Positions 26,480 through 39,190 of a DNA stretch of 64,000 nt are shown in pieces (position 1 is the first letter of the stretch; every line of letters begins with the position of its first letter). Position numbers and translations under genes: made by a program. Below the pieces are notes generated by a model that saw only the letters and a list, made by a program, of their open reading frames with translations, ran no database searches and was not told the origin of the DNA. The stretch lies in contig JAQFVV010000005.1 of the NCBI GenBank assembly GCA_028023455.1, forward strand, positions 15,376,001 to 15,440,000. The letters run 5' to 3'. Source of the stretch: Epiperipatus broadwayi (lineage: Eukaryota > Animalia > Onychophora).

Positions 26480-28772
26480 GCATAAGATCTACTTGGTATA
26501 TTAGTATACCTACAACTTCCAATTGATGGCATGTCTGCAAACATACAATCATTACTAATCGAGGAGCCTTCCGTGTAAAACGTTTACAGTTCGGAATCTG
26601 TGTTGCACCCGCAATGTTTCAATGCATTATAGATAATCTACTTGGAAATATTTCTGGAGTTTTTTCCATATGTCTTCAACAATTGATCTATGTTGAAAAT
26701 TACGTACTGTGTTTAAAAGGTTAGCACACAGTGGATTGTGGGCTAATAAAGAAAAATGCGTATTCGGAGTAGATTCTGTGGAATTTCTGGAATACATAAG
26801 GCTTGCATCCGTCTCCAAGTAAACTGCAATTCAAAATGCTTGCTCTCCTAGGAACAAAATAGAACTGAAAGCATTCTTAGGTCTTATAACAATTTCCTTC
26901 CGGATCGTGCAACCATAGCTGAACCTTTACATCGTTTATAACAGACAAATACCACATGGACTTGGTCACCACAACATGAAAGGGCCTTTCTTAAACTTAA
27001 AGCAGCATTGATGTCCAATAATGTTCTGGTTCCACTAGACCCTTACCAAAGCATTCTACTTACATGTTATGCATCACCTTATGAAGTAGGTGCAGTACTA
27101 AGTATACAATATCCTGATGGATCATCCGCTCCAGTTGTTTTTGCTTCACGTACATTATCTAAGGCCGAACGAAACTATGCACAAATTGATAAAGAAGCTT
27201 TGGCAAGAGTATTCGGCTTCAAACATTTTCATCATTTCCTATTCGGAATTAAATTTAACATTTGTATTGATCATCATCCACTGCTTGGCATTTTTACCTC
27301 TGATAAACCAACACCAATAATTTTATCGCCCTGAATGCAAAGATGAACGCACATTCTCAATGCACATTCTTTCAAACTGGAATATAAACCAGGAAAAAAG
27401 TTGCAAATGCAAATGCGTTGAGCAGATTTCCACTTCCATCAACCGAATGCGACAATCCTAACATGAATGGCGTCCTTTTCTTGGAGGAATTGGAAGATCC
27501 TCCTGTAACTGCTGAAAAAGTTGCACATGCAACACGAAAAGACTTTTCGCTATCAAGAGTAAAGAACCATATTTTCATTGCCTGGCCAAGCAGCCCACAG
27601 ACACCAAACTTCAACCTTTTTTTTAAAGACGCAATGAGCTATCAACACACAAAAAACATTTGCTTTGGGGGTCTTGTGTAATTATTCCTTTTTCTCTACA
27701 GAAAATCGTCCTTAACGAACTTCATTTGGGTCACTCTGCCATCGTGAGAACCAAAGCATTAGCAAGGTCATATGTATGGTGGCCATCAATGGGCAGGGAT
27801 ATTGAGAATCCTGTGGGCAAGTACAAAAATTGTCAAGTCATAAGACATGCTTGCCCCCGTCCTCCAATTCACCCTTGGGAACCACCATCCACACCATGGT
27901 CATGACTGCACATAGATATTGCAGATCCAATCGATGGGCAAATGCTTTTTGTTGTCGTTGACGTCTATTCAAAGTGGGTGGAAGTGCGCAGAATGCCTAC
28001 AACAACCTCAGTTGCAACAGTCACAGTACTATGAGAATTATTTTCCACCGATGGAATACCAGAGTGTATAGTTTCAGACTATGGACCACAGTTTGTATCT
28101 TCAGTTTTCTACTTTTCTTGCCAATAACGGAATTCGCCATGCACAGATCGCATCTTACCATCCGTCAAGTAATGGTCTTGCGGAGAGGGCTGTCCAGTCT
28201 ATGAAGGAGAGCCTAAAGCGTATTACTCATGGAAATTGGGAGCAATGTATTACCCGATACCTTTTGGCTCAGCACATTACTCCATCTACAACTACAGGTT
28301 TAAATACAGCCGAGATGCTCTTTCATCGACGCCTTCATACAAGCCTAGACTTCCTTCATCTGGATAGCCCCAAAGTCAGCACCATCCAAACATCATCGGT
28401 TACGTGAATTCCAACCAGATGACAGTATTTTTATAAGCAGCAGGAAGGGGTTCTCCATGGATTCCTGCCATGGTAGAACAGCGTACAGGCCCTCTGTCAT
28501 ATGAAGTCCGAACTGATCAAGGATTACAACAAAAGCACATTGATCAGTTGCGCTCGAGAATAGTGGACACTCTTCCAACCGGCTCGTCTCCTGCTGAGGA
28601 AACATCACTTGTCCAAAATTCTCCACCCAGCGTGACACTGGAAAACACGAACAACCCAAACTCAACACCTTTGCATCCTACATCTCCAATTCAAACTCCA
28701 AAGGCTTACAGACACCCCATACGTCAACGCTGTCTACCAGTGCATTTTAAGGATTATGATATTACATACTAA
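26480..28772 (+). pseudogene. pol 3' half: RT, RNase H, integrase (frameshifted)
   Basis: Motifs RLQFGI.VAPAMFQ, ASPYEVGAVLS, FASRTLSKAERNYAQIDKEALA, ELHLGH...KALARSYVWWP, YHPSSNGLAERAVQ, GPLSYEV. Confidence 0.92.
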
Positions 28773-29003
28773 GGGGAAAGGATTGTGATGCCTTATGATC
28801 CGCAATGATTTGCTATCATGATGTCATTCAAAGAATGACTGCAGAACTAGATTATCATTGTCTGCGGTATGTATGTTTTGACTGTAACGAGTAAACAAAT
28901 GTAGTGCTAAGTCACTTCTAGAATCCTAACAAGTTTTTGGCTAGTTTGTATTTCTAGACACTGAAACACTACCCTAGTTTTATAGAAGTCATAAGATGAT
29001 ATC

Positions 29004-31386
29004 CGCAGGTATAGGGTATAGGTGATTCTGAAGAGCTCTGTTAACAGTTACCTTATAGTCACCGCATAATAGCACCTCTCCTGTTGGTTTAAGAATCGGT
29101 ATCACTGGTGTTGTCCACACAGGGTTTTCCACTGGTTCAATGATCCCATCGCAGAGCAGAGTATCTAAAGCAACATCCACCATATGTTTCATAGCAAGTG
29201 GGAGTGTCCGGGCTCGTAGTCTGATTGGGGGAAATTTAGGATCAACTGGCAATGATTCAGCTGGACCCTTGTAAGTTCCAATAGATGTGCTGAAAACTTG
29301 TGGAAATTGGTTAATATCTTGAATAGACGGTTCGGTAATTAGATGAACTCCAGTTAGTGAATACCTAGAGGTGTGAACCATTCGCGTCCTAACAGGTTTG
29401 TACAAGGACTCTCTGTTATCGATAAACATAGATGGCATGAATGTTCACCATATTTAACATTACAACACAATATCCCTTGAATGATATTGAGTGGTGCTGG
29501 AAATCCCTTAATGTAATTGTTACTGGATGTAGTTCGGGTATTTTTCCATTGCACAATTCAGATAGTGTGTCAAATGATAAAATAGAATACTGATCCAGAG
29601 TCAATTTCCATTTTACATTCCTTGCCATTAATGTACACATGTGCGGAAGATTTAGGTGTTGAGGCATTGCATCTCATGGATCTAATCTATAACATCATCG
29701 TCCCTTCCATTACTGCCATGCATTGATTTGCAGATCCAGGAATAGTGTGTTGTTTTGCTCGGCATACATGCTGTAAATGACCTATTTTCTGGCAAAAATG
29801 GCACTTGGTTTTTTTGAATGGGCATTCCACTTGATTGTGCTGACTGCCACAACCATAGCAAGGTGGAAATCCCGATTGAGATGCACCAGTGTTCCTTTTA
29901 TGTGCAGGGGATGTTTGAGAAGGCGGTGAGAACCTCGAAACACTTTTGCGAGGTGGTCGAATGGGAGTGTTTGTGGCACGGATTTCACGCACCTGTACCT
30001 ATGCAGATTTAGCAACTAGGCTACACTGTATAGCTATCTCTAATGTTAAAGTTTCTTCTGTTAATAATTTGTGCTGTATAGTTTCATCACGAAGCCCGCA
30101 GACAAATTGATCTCGAAGTTCCTTTTATGTGCAGGGGATGTCTGAGAAGGCAGTGAGAACCTAGAAACACTTTTACGAGGTGGTCGACATGGGAGTGTTT
30201 GTGGCATGGATTTCACGCACCTGGACCAATGCAGATTCAGCAACAAGGCTACACTGTATAGCTATCTCTAATGTTAAAGTTTCTTCTGTTAATAATTTGC
30301 ACTGTATAGTTTCATCGCGAAGCCCACAGACAAATTGATCTCGAAGACGCTCTGTTAGTGAAAGACCAAAATTGCAGCTCTCTGCCAAACGTCGAAGGTT
30401 GGCTAAAAATGCACTCACATTTTCTTCTTCTCGTTGCCAACAATGGTGAAATTGGAAGCGTTGGTAAATAACGGAAGGTTGTGGATTAAAATACTGTTAG
30501 ACTTGTCATGAGGCAATGCAGGTGATATAAGAGAACGAAGAATGCTTAATGTTCTTAGTCCGCAGACAGCGAGGAGTGTTGCACGTTTCTTTTCGGAAGG
30601 AATATTGTTACCTTCACAAAAAAAATTCACCTGTGACGCGTATGTATCACACATTTGCAGTGAGTCAACATCGAAAGGTGCTAAAGAACCAATAGTTGCC
30701 ATTATAAATCAAATAGAATTCCAAGTTTGAGTAAAAATATATATATATATGTGTGTTCGGCGTCCTACGTACGATTAATAATAATATTGTCAAGAACACT
30801 ATTGAATAATAAACAACTATGCGGGGGGGAAAAAATTCAGTATCTCGCGTATCTGATCCTCGTCGCCAAAACTAGTGTAAAGATTCAGTGTCTAGAAATA
30901 CAAATTGGACCAATGCAGATTCAGCAACTAGGCTACACTGTATAGCTATCTCTAATGTTAAAGTTTCTTCTGTTAATAATTTGCACTGTATAGTTTCATC
31001 ACAAAGCCCACAGACAAATTGATCTCGAAGACGCTCTGTTAGTGAAAGACCAAAATCGCAGCTCTCTGCCAAACGTCGAAGGTCGGCTAAAAATGCACTC
31101 ACATTTTCTTCTTCTCGTTGCCAACAATGGTAAAATTGGAAGCGTTGGTAAATAACGGAAGGTTGTGGATTAAAATACTGTTAGACTTGTCATGAGGCAA
31201 TGCAGGTGATATAAGAGAACGAAGAATGCTTAATGTTCTTAGTCCGCAGACAGCGAGGAGTGTTGCATGTTTCTTTTCGGCAGGAATATTGTTACCTTCA
31301 CAAAAAAAATTCACCTGTGACGCGTATGTATCCCACATTTGCAGTGAGTCAACATCAAAAGGTGCTAAAGAACCAATAGTTGCCAT
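29004..31386 (-). pseudogene. gag (duplicated), two zinc knuckles, protease and RT N-terminus
   Basis: MATIGSLAPFD..., LRDQFVCGL, CYGCGSQHNQVECPFKKTKCHFCQKIGHLQHVC, GIIEPV...WTTPVIPILKPTGEVLLCGDYKVTVN...YPIP. Confidence 0.92.
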
Positions 31387-34300
31387 TATAAATCAAATAG
31401 AATTCAAAGTTTGAGTAAAAATATATATATATATGTGTTCGGCGTCCTACGTACGATTAATAATAATATTGTCAAGAACACTATTGAATAATAAACAACT
31501 ATGCGGGGGTAAAAAAATTCAGTATCTCGCGTATCTGATCCTCATCGCCAAAACTAGTGTAAAGATTCAGTGTCTAGAAATACAAACTAGCCAAAAACTT
31601 GTTAGGATTCTAAGAAGTGACTTATCGCTATTTAATAACATTTGTTTACTCGTTACAGTCAAAACATTAATATCACAATGATAATCTAGTTCTGCAGTCA
31701 AATCATCGCGGATCATAAGACATCACAAATGATATCTGTTTGTTTTCTCACATTTGCTTTCAAACACTTCTAGTTACTTTCAATACACTATATACTACTC
31801 TTAGATCATCTTGTACCCATACATAAGAATGAATAAAACATTTCTACTAAAACAACTTTTCAAAAAAATATAGACATATTTCTTTTGAAAATTATTTTGA
31901 CCAAAAAAGCACTCCATACAAAATTCTTCATGTACTTTTATTTATATTAATAATTTGATAAAGATATCTGAGTTATTAACTCCAATTTTATGATTATCAG
32001 TCTTTTCTTCCATGAAAAACCATCAAACACTATCATAGTCCTTTTTATCATTTATCTTTCTTGGTTTCATTTGATAAATTTTTGTAAAATCTAAATGACT
32101 TAAATAATTTTCATTTATTTTATCCTCTTACCTTCCTACTTTAATCCCCAAAATACTTCTAAAACTGCTTCAGAAATTTTGGAAAACATGGAATAATCCT
32201 ATCTTGAACCCGCATCAGTGTTAATCTTATTATCACCATGTAACCTCATCATTGGTTGCATTCTGATAGATATTCTTCAGATTACATCTTGAGTTGATAT
32301 CTTGCTAGTAGAGCTCTTTTCATAATGTATAAATCTAAAGCATAAAGACACCTCATATTCATTGGTCTTTTCCATAATCCATTGGATGTGAAAAAGTGTG
32401 TTAAAAACACTTTAAATCCTGCTTAATTTTTTTTTGATTGGTTGGAATATGAAGTTTGTAGCAGACAAATTGTAATCATCTTAGGAAAGATCTTTAGGAC
32501 AGATAGGTTTGTAATTTAGAATATCTTCTTTCTTATAAATCATTATCACTACTGCATTCTTCCAATCATCTAATATATTTATCATTTAAATACCTGGTAT
32601 ATAGTTTTGGCAATAATTTTTATTCTTTCCCCTGCTTTTTTTAAATGTCAGTAACTATTTTATTATTTCTGGAACTTTTTCTTTTTTATAGATTTAATTG
32701 CAACTCATTCCATATAAAATACGATTGGCAATTCTGATGTAATTATAAGGATTACTTTATTTTCTTATTCTTTATTAATACATACTTATTTATAGCAATT
32801 CTTCTATACATTTCAGAATGTCATTTTTTTTTTAGTAATATTTCCATTTTTTCTTTTTTAAAAAATTACTTTCCTCACAAAGCCAAAATGTATTGTACTT
32901 CACAAATTTTTCTTTACTTCCACAGCGTTCCTTGCAAAATTCATATTTTCTTACACCATCAATTCTTTTTGAAGGCATTTTAAAAATTCCAGACATTCAA
33001 TTGTTTTTAATGAATCATTTATAAATATTTTAATATTCCTTCTTTCTTTTCACATAATGTATTGTTTTGGTTAAAAATTTATTGAATTGCTGCTAATTAA
33101 AACAACATTCTATATAGTATTCCTTAAAAATATCAATTATCTTTATACTGATATCAAACAAGTTTGAACTATCTCTGAAAGAGTCTTTTAATATTTTTAA
33201 ACAATATTCAAGCTCTAATTTAAATTCATTAGAATGTTTCTGGAGTTTAGGAATAACAACTGTTAGTATAGTATTGATATTTTAAACAATTTCATCTTTA
33301 ATTTTGCCTTAACACTATTTAATATATCTCATTAAGAGATGATCACTTCCTGTATTAAATTTATTAAACATTATGTGTTGTTACTCAAACATTTCTGTTT
33401 TAGCATTTTACTCAAAGAAGGAATTCATAATACAATTTATCCAACCCCCATCCCCCAATGCTACACAAATTTGCGTTATTTCTGCCCCCATAAATTTAGC
33501 CATAGTTCTTTCATCTTTCAAATGATTACTAATTCTAAAATGTTGTTTGCTGTGATCAAAATTATATTGTCTGCAATTGCTATCTTCCATTAAATTGAAT
33601 AACTAATCTTACCAGCCTGACTGATCTATCCATTAAATTTTGCAGAATGTTGTTCTCTTTATTTTTTTTTTTAATAATGAAACCCAGTTCATTTCTGTTT
33701 CCAATATTTATGCTTCTGTAGTAAATTACACATTCATTTTTCTAAATCATTTGTGTTTTCATCTTGTTTTATAACTTCACCAAATTTGACAATGCCCTAT
33801 TTAAATATTAGAGAATTAATCCCATTCATGCAATCTTCACTTGAAATACAAATACAACTTAGTCTCAATAAAATTACCAATATTTATTTGCAAAGGAAAA
33901 GTTTTAAGAAAATCATTTTCCAAAAAATATATATATTGAACTAAATAATGCAGCAATAACAAAAAAATAACCTTTATCTTCAAAAAAAAGTTCTTAACAT
34001 TAGTTTTTGTTTACATTTAAGTTACATTTGTGAAATAAAAATCATATTCTAATATACAGAACATAAAACATTTGAATAAAACTGAAATAAATAAGCTCAA
34101 ATGTTTATTTAGAATAGAAAACAAAGTTTTCTCATTATCAGAGGGACTATAATGTTATAAAATTATAATTCCATAACAAATTTCTACATTTTGCAATTCC
34201 TACAAATTGACAAAAATCTGAGAAATTTACTACTAAAGATGACCTGCAACTAAAACATATTTCTTGGGAACAATTTAAAAACTATAGTGGTCTTTTGTAA

Positions 34301-37300
34301 AAGAAATACAGATCACACTATAATGAAAATAAATGTACGTAAATTTCAACAACAATCTTCCCAACAAAAACTACAATTACACCCCCCCCACACACACACA
34401 CCTAATTCAAGTCTCACAATTCCTTAACTTTAAGATAACTTTTTTTCAACTTGCCTTAAATTTATATAAAACAGACAAATCTTAGACAAAACTTTGGTGA
34501 AAAGCAACTACATGTATCATTAGTAAAATTAACTTATTCAACTCACTCATATTATATTTAGACTTAATTATTTCAATGACAATCTTTTTTTTTTTTTTTG
34601 ATATTGTAATTTTTTTTAAAATTTTAATGCAAAGAATGGCTTAAGTGATTTATAAGGTAAAAATAACAATGTGCATCAGTTTTAACCAAGACAAATAAAA
34701 TAATTGAATAATAAAAAGATTGCTAAGAAAAAAAAAGCTGAAAATGCTAAGAAATAATGAAATTCCAATATAATTGCTAAAGACCATGAAGAAAAGAAAA
34801 CGGTTTAATAACAAAATTAATAGCTATAAATGTAATTTATGAATTGTCTAAATGCCACAAAATTAAATTAGCGAATATTTTATATAAACAACTTAAGAGA
34901 AATAAGATATTATAGTTCAAAAACTATTAATAATATACTGTATACTTTTTATTTTAAAAGGTTTTAGTATTTCTTCCAGTGATCTTGAAAAAACATTTGA
35001 TAAGAGGAAATTGGATCATAAGAACAGATATTTGGAAGAGATTCTACAATTGTTAAATTAAAAGATATCTTGAAATTAAAATATATGTAGTTATGTAGGG
35101 AAGACTTCACAACATTAATTTACTCATGAAACAATAACAATTATTGATAATGACATTTAAAATAACAATGAAAATAAAAGCTAGATAGCAAATGATAAAG
35201 ATAATAAAGTGTTAAATGTTGAAATAGTAATAAATACTGTATAAAAAAATTAAAATAACAAATCATGCTTTCAAAATATATATATAAGAATTAAATGTGG
35301 AATTTTAAAAAAGGCTGGCTTGGAGGGAAAAAAACCCAAAATCAGATAAGTTAAAAAATAATTACATAATAACTATACAGAAAAACAACAAATAATGTCA
35401 ATCTGAGCTATTTGCCACTTTGTGCTATTTTAATTTTGGAAAAAAAAAATTTTTTTTAAATAACTGGTGAAAGAGATTTATTACATTGTTGTTATTTCTA
35501 CAATAAAGATGTAAATATAATGCATTTTAAAATGCATTAATCCAAATTGCATATTAGAACTTACCCGTGAAGATCTGGTCCTTTATAAATACAAAGATAT
35601 CAAAATAAAAACAAAATTGAAGTAGCTATATTCTTAAAAATAAAGTATTAAAGAGTGAAATATAAGAAAAACCTGTAAAAGTTTTAAAATTTTGAGGTCA
35701 TACAAATACAAAAAAAAACACAACTTGAAAATAATCTGTAATAGCAAAAGTTATTCTTGGACAGATTACAAAGTGACAATTATCTGGAATATAAAGAATT
35801 ATTTCCCTCAAAATATAATACAAAGAAAATGTACACAGATTTTTATTCCAAAATAATCTTAATACATTTCAGTTCCTCTACAATGAATTAAAATTTTTAA
35901 CTTTTATGTCAAAATCACCCATCCACCCAAAACACATTTTTTTTATTTTCCAGCTACAATTACAAATATTACCAATCATAAATATTTTTCAAAAATATAT
36001 ATATATATTTTTTATAAATTGCATATTTATCTATAATAATGCAATATTTTATTTGCAAAGCTTTTAAGATCCTTTAAATTCTTTATAAAAAAATTTACGC
36101 ATTAGAAACCAAAAGCAACGATCTCTTCTGTTCTCTATATAAATTATGTTACATGTTTCACTTTGGTAAAGCACAGCATTTCAATTGAAAACTTTAATAT
36201 TGCTGTAGCATTTCCAAGTTTCTTTAAAAATTTACTTAAAATTTCCACTCAGCCACACATTATTGAAACTTAAATAAAGAGACAAATGATTAAAAAGTAA
36301 TTGCACCTTTTAAAAAAACATTATTTAAAAATTAAAATTGTTGTAAAAACTGATTTGCCATTTCAACTTCTTTTGGCTGATTCAATAAACAAATTTGACT
36401 CCCAGTTTTCATATCTTTTATCCAGATTTCAGGATAGTTATTTTTTTTTTGAACCAGTTTATCATTTCCTCTGCTTTTAGTTCTCACCAGACTAATCAAG
36501 AATAATTCTAGAAATCCTAGTTCTCTTTATCCTATGGACATGCTGTGGTATGAATTAAAAATGTGAAGATTCAGAAGTCTATGATCCCCTCCTCACCAGT
36601 GAAATATTCTATCACATCACATTCATGACTTTATTGCATGTACATTCTAATAAATCACATTAACCGAATCTTAATAATCTAACAAAGTCTAGATGGATAC
36701 CCTCTACAGATTAACTAATAAGTCAGCTGTCAGAAAAAAACTTGCCAGTTTGAAGTCCATTAGTATGCATTCACAATGATGTAATAAAATCTGTATATGG
36801 ACATTGATAATTTTACTTTGAGGTGTTTTTTGTACTTTACCCACTTTCACCAAATCTAAAAATTTTTATTTTATTTCTGCAGCATCCACCTTTATTGATG
36901 ATACTTCACTATTCAAAGTTTGTCATTCTCTATAGATATACTGTAAGTCAAAAATGTACAGCTCACACGAATAACGCCCAACGGTAATCTGTCAATGATC
37001 TCCATGTTCCAATGTCACATGATCAAATACTTTTTTCTTCTATAGCCCATTAAGATCAGTTAAATGCAAGTCTTATCATATTTTAATTAATCTTATTGAT
37101 TGCAATAAATGACAAATGCTAAAAAATAATGAAAAATTACAATTTATTTATATATACACATCATCACAAAGCAAATAACCTGATGGACAGCAATCCACGG
37201 GAAATCAGTCTATTGGTTCTGTTATGTGGGAATGAATTTAGCATAATTACCTTATTTTATTTAACTACCCCATCTAATTTAAAGGCAAATTAATATGATT

Positions 37301-37584
37301 AGATTGATTCTATTATTACTATGTAGACAATATTTGATACTATGCATATTATCTATCTCTAGATAAACACAGATCCACTTCACAGACAAAGCAACACTAT
37401 TTATTATTACAATCGATCAAACAGTTTTAACACTTACTATACTTACAGCTTCAGATACACTAAATCATTAGAAAAACTAGACTAATATCAATCATTTCAG
37501 GCTGTAAGACAAGTAAATAAGTAAAGCACTAAGAGTAAGAGGCAGGAATCAGCATCTGCTTTACACTCACATATGAATAAAGAA

Positions 37585-37975
37585 TATATAAAACGAGTCA
37601 TGCTATATGGTAGGAATGTGATTTTACTGCATACTACTGCTCAAAGTAAGTTACCGAGTGTGAGTGACCAGACATCACAATGGTATCACACTCGTTTATG
37701 AACAAAAAAACATAAATGAAGCATATGATATATGGTAAGAATGTGCGTCTATCATATACTACTGCTCAAAGTAAGTTGATAGGTGAGACTGACTTGCCAA
37801 CACAACGGTATCACACTCATTTATGAACAAAAAAAAAATATATAAACAAAGCATAAGATATACGGTAGGAAGGTGCATCTACAGCATACTACTGCTCAAA
37901 GTAAATTGCTGGTGTGGGTGACCAGACAATGCAAAAGTATGACAATCATTTATAAATAAAGAAAATATATAGATA
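37585..37975. repeat. Three diverged ~125-130-bp tandem units
   Basis: Identical 19-mer ATACTACTGCTCAAAGTAA at 37631, 37756 and 37886, with alignable but diverged flanks. Confidence 0.8.
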
Positions 37976-38559
37976 AACCACACCGGAAATAAAGTATATA
38001 GCTCAAATAAATTTAATACACTCAATTATCCTTTCGCATGCCAGATTATTCCCAAACTTGTAGAATATTTTGCTAAAACTATAAATCTAATTAAAAAGAC
38101 AATCTTACTTCATTTATTTAATCTGTCTACGCCAGTCTTTTTATTAAATCCAGAGACCATTAATCAGCATTATTCATGTTAATGATTAAATTATTATTTT
38201 TTCCAATTTCTATACATAAGCCTAGTGGAAATGACCATTATTAATTCTGGTTTTAAAATATTAAACAAGTTTTTAAGAGAATGGCAAGGGTTTGCAATAA
38301 TAAATTAATTGTTTATCTAAAATTACTTTTCTTTTTAATGTTCTGCCATTTGAAATGTGGGACATCTAATAATTAAATTAAGCAAGTCATCACCACTATA
38401 ATTTTCTAAACATATATATTTTACTCAAAATCAATCATAATAAATTATAGACTAAATGTAGAAGATAAAATATCTAATATTAGTAATATACAGTCATAAT
38501 AACATATAATCAAAGTTCATATATATATTACCTTTTCATCATTAATAGTTCAAATCTCT

Positions 38560-39190
38560 GAATTCGGGTATTGGTAGATTTTTTGCAGAATTAGTCTATA
38601 CAACATAGCTGTGTCTGGCAGTCTTCTGCGAAGCTTGTTATATTGCTCTTGATGGCTGCAATGGTTTTCATTAATACACATTCATTTACTTATGAATGGG
38701 CAGCAGGTGATGGTGTTTTCCTCATTAAGTGACAGTTGGTTTTTTCCTAAAGAACTAGACATTTGTGAAGTTAAGCAACATACAGCTCACATATATGCTG
38801 GACACAATGCTCCTTGAGCTGTTTTTACATTATTTGATGGCTTTTCAGCAACTCACTATGGGACTTCAGCCTGCACTTGGCAGGATTAGTCAGAATGGAG
38901 CTGATGACGAGTTTCTCTACTCTTCCAAGATATTTAACCAAGACACAATAATCAGCACAACCACAGCATAAAACAAAGCATAATAATTTTCAATCTTCTG
39001 AGAGACCCCTATTTATAGTTCATTGAGGTGCCTTATCAGCAAGATTAGTTTTCTCATGGGTCATTTCCATATATTCATCTATTGGTTGAACTCCTAAACT
39101 TTATTACGGTTCGTGGCTTACTTGACCAATTACAGTATTTATAAAATTTTAGCTTTGAAAAGGGATTATACCGAAATAACAGACATTTTG
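38560..39190. mobile_element. GC-richer island, possibly a PLE remnant
   Basis: Ends in a degenerate ctTTGAAAA-gGG-attata-CC-GAAAT tail (39153-39177). Shares the 16-mer gaattagtctatacaa with the PLE near 16812. No convincing protein motif found. Confidence 0.35.

Larger units (their letters stand above)
26187..31727. mobile_element. Rearranged Mag-clade Gypsy element (K02A2.6-like pol) with short LTRs
   Basis: 5-bp TSD AATGA (26182-26186 and 31728-31732). 5' LTR 31558-31727 on minus with PBS TGGCGAYGAGG. 3' LTR 28784 to ~28980 on plus after PPT aaggggaaagga. gag/protease/RT start on minus; remaining RT/RNaseH/integrase on plus. Confidence 0.9.
25985..33900 (-). mobile_element. RTE-clade LINE (decayed), split by the Gypsy insertion at 26187-31727
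   Basis: Right part has WKNAVVIMIYKK and IMEKTNEY RT motifs. Removing the insert and one AATGA copy joins ...VRKQTDII to ...LKWSWAEYIARRDRNRWT. Outer limits are approximate. Confidence 0.8.

Noticed and set aside
36430-37080. Chapaev-like transposase C-terminus (GTWRSLTDYRWAL)
   Set aside because: Motif spacing does not match, and the upstream FLHSHLD/ERFHQ motifs are not found.
37585-37975. CRISPR-like array (constant 19-mer with ~110-bp spacers)
   Set aside because: The spacers are homologous to each other and too long, there are no cas genes, and the context is a eukaryotic intron.
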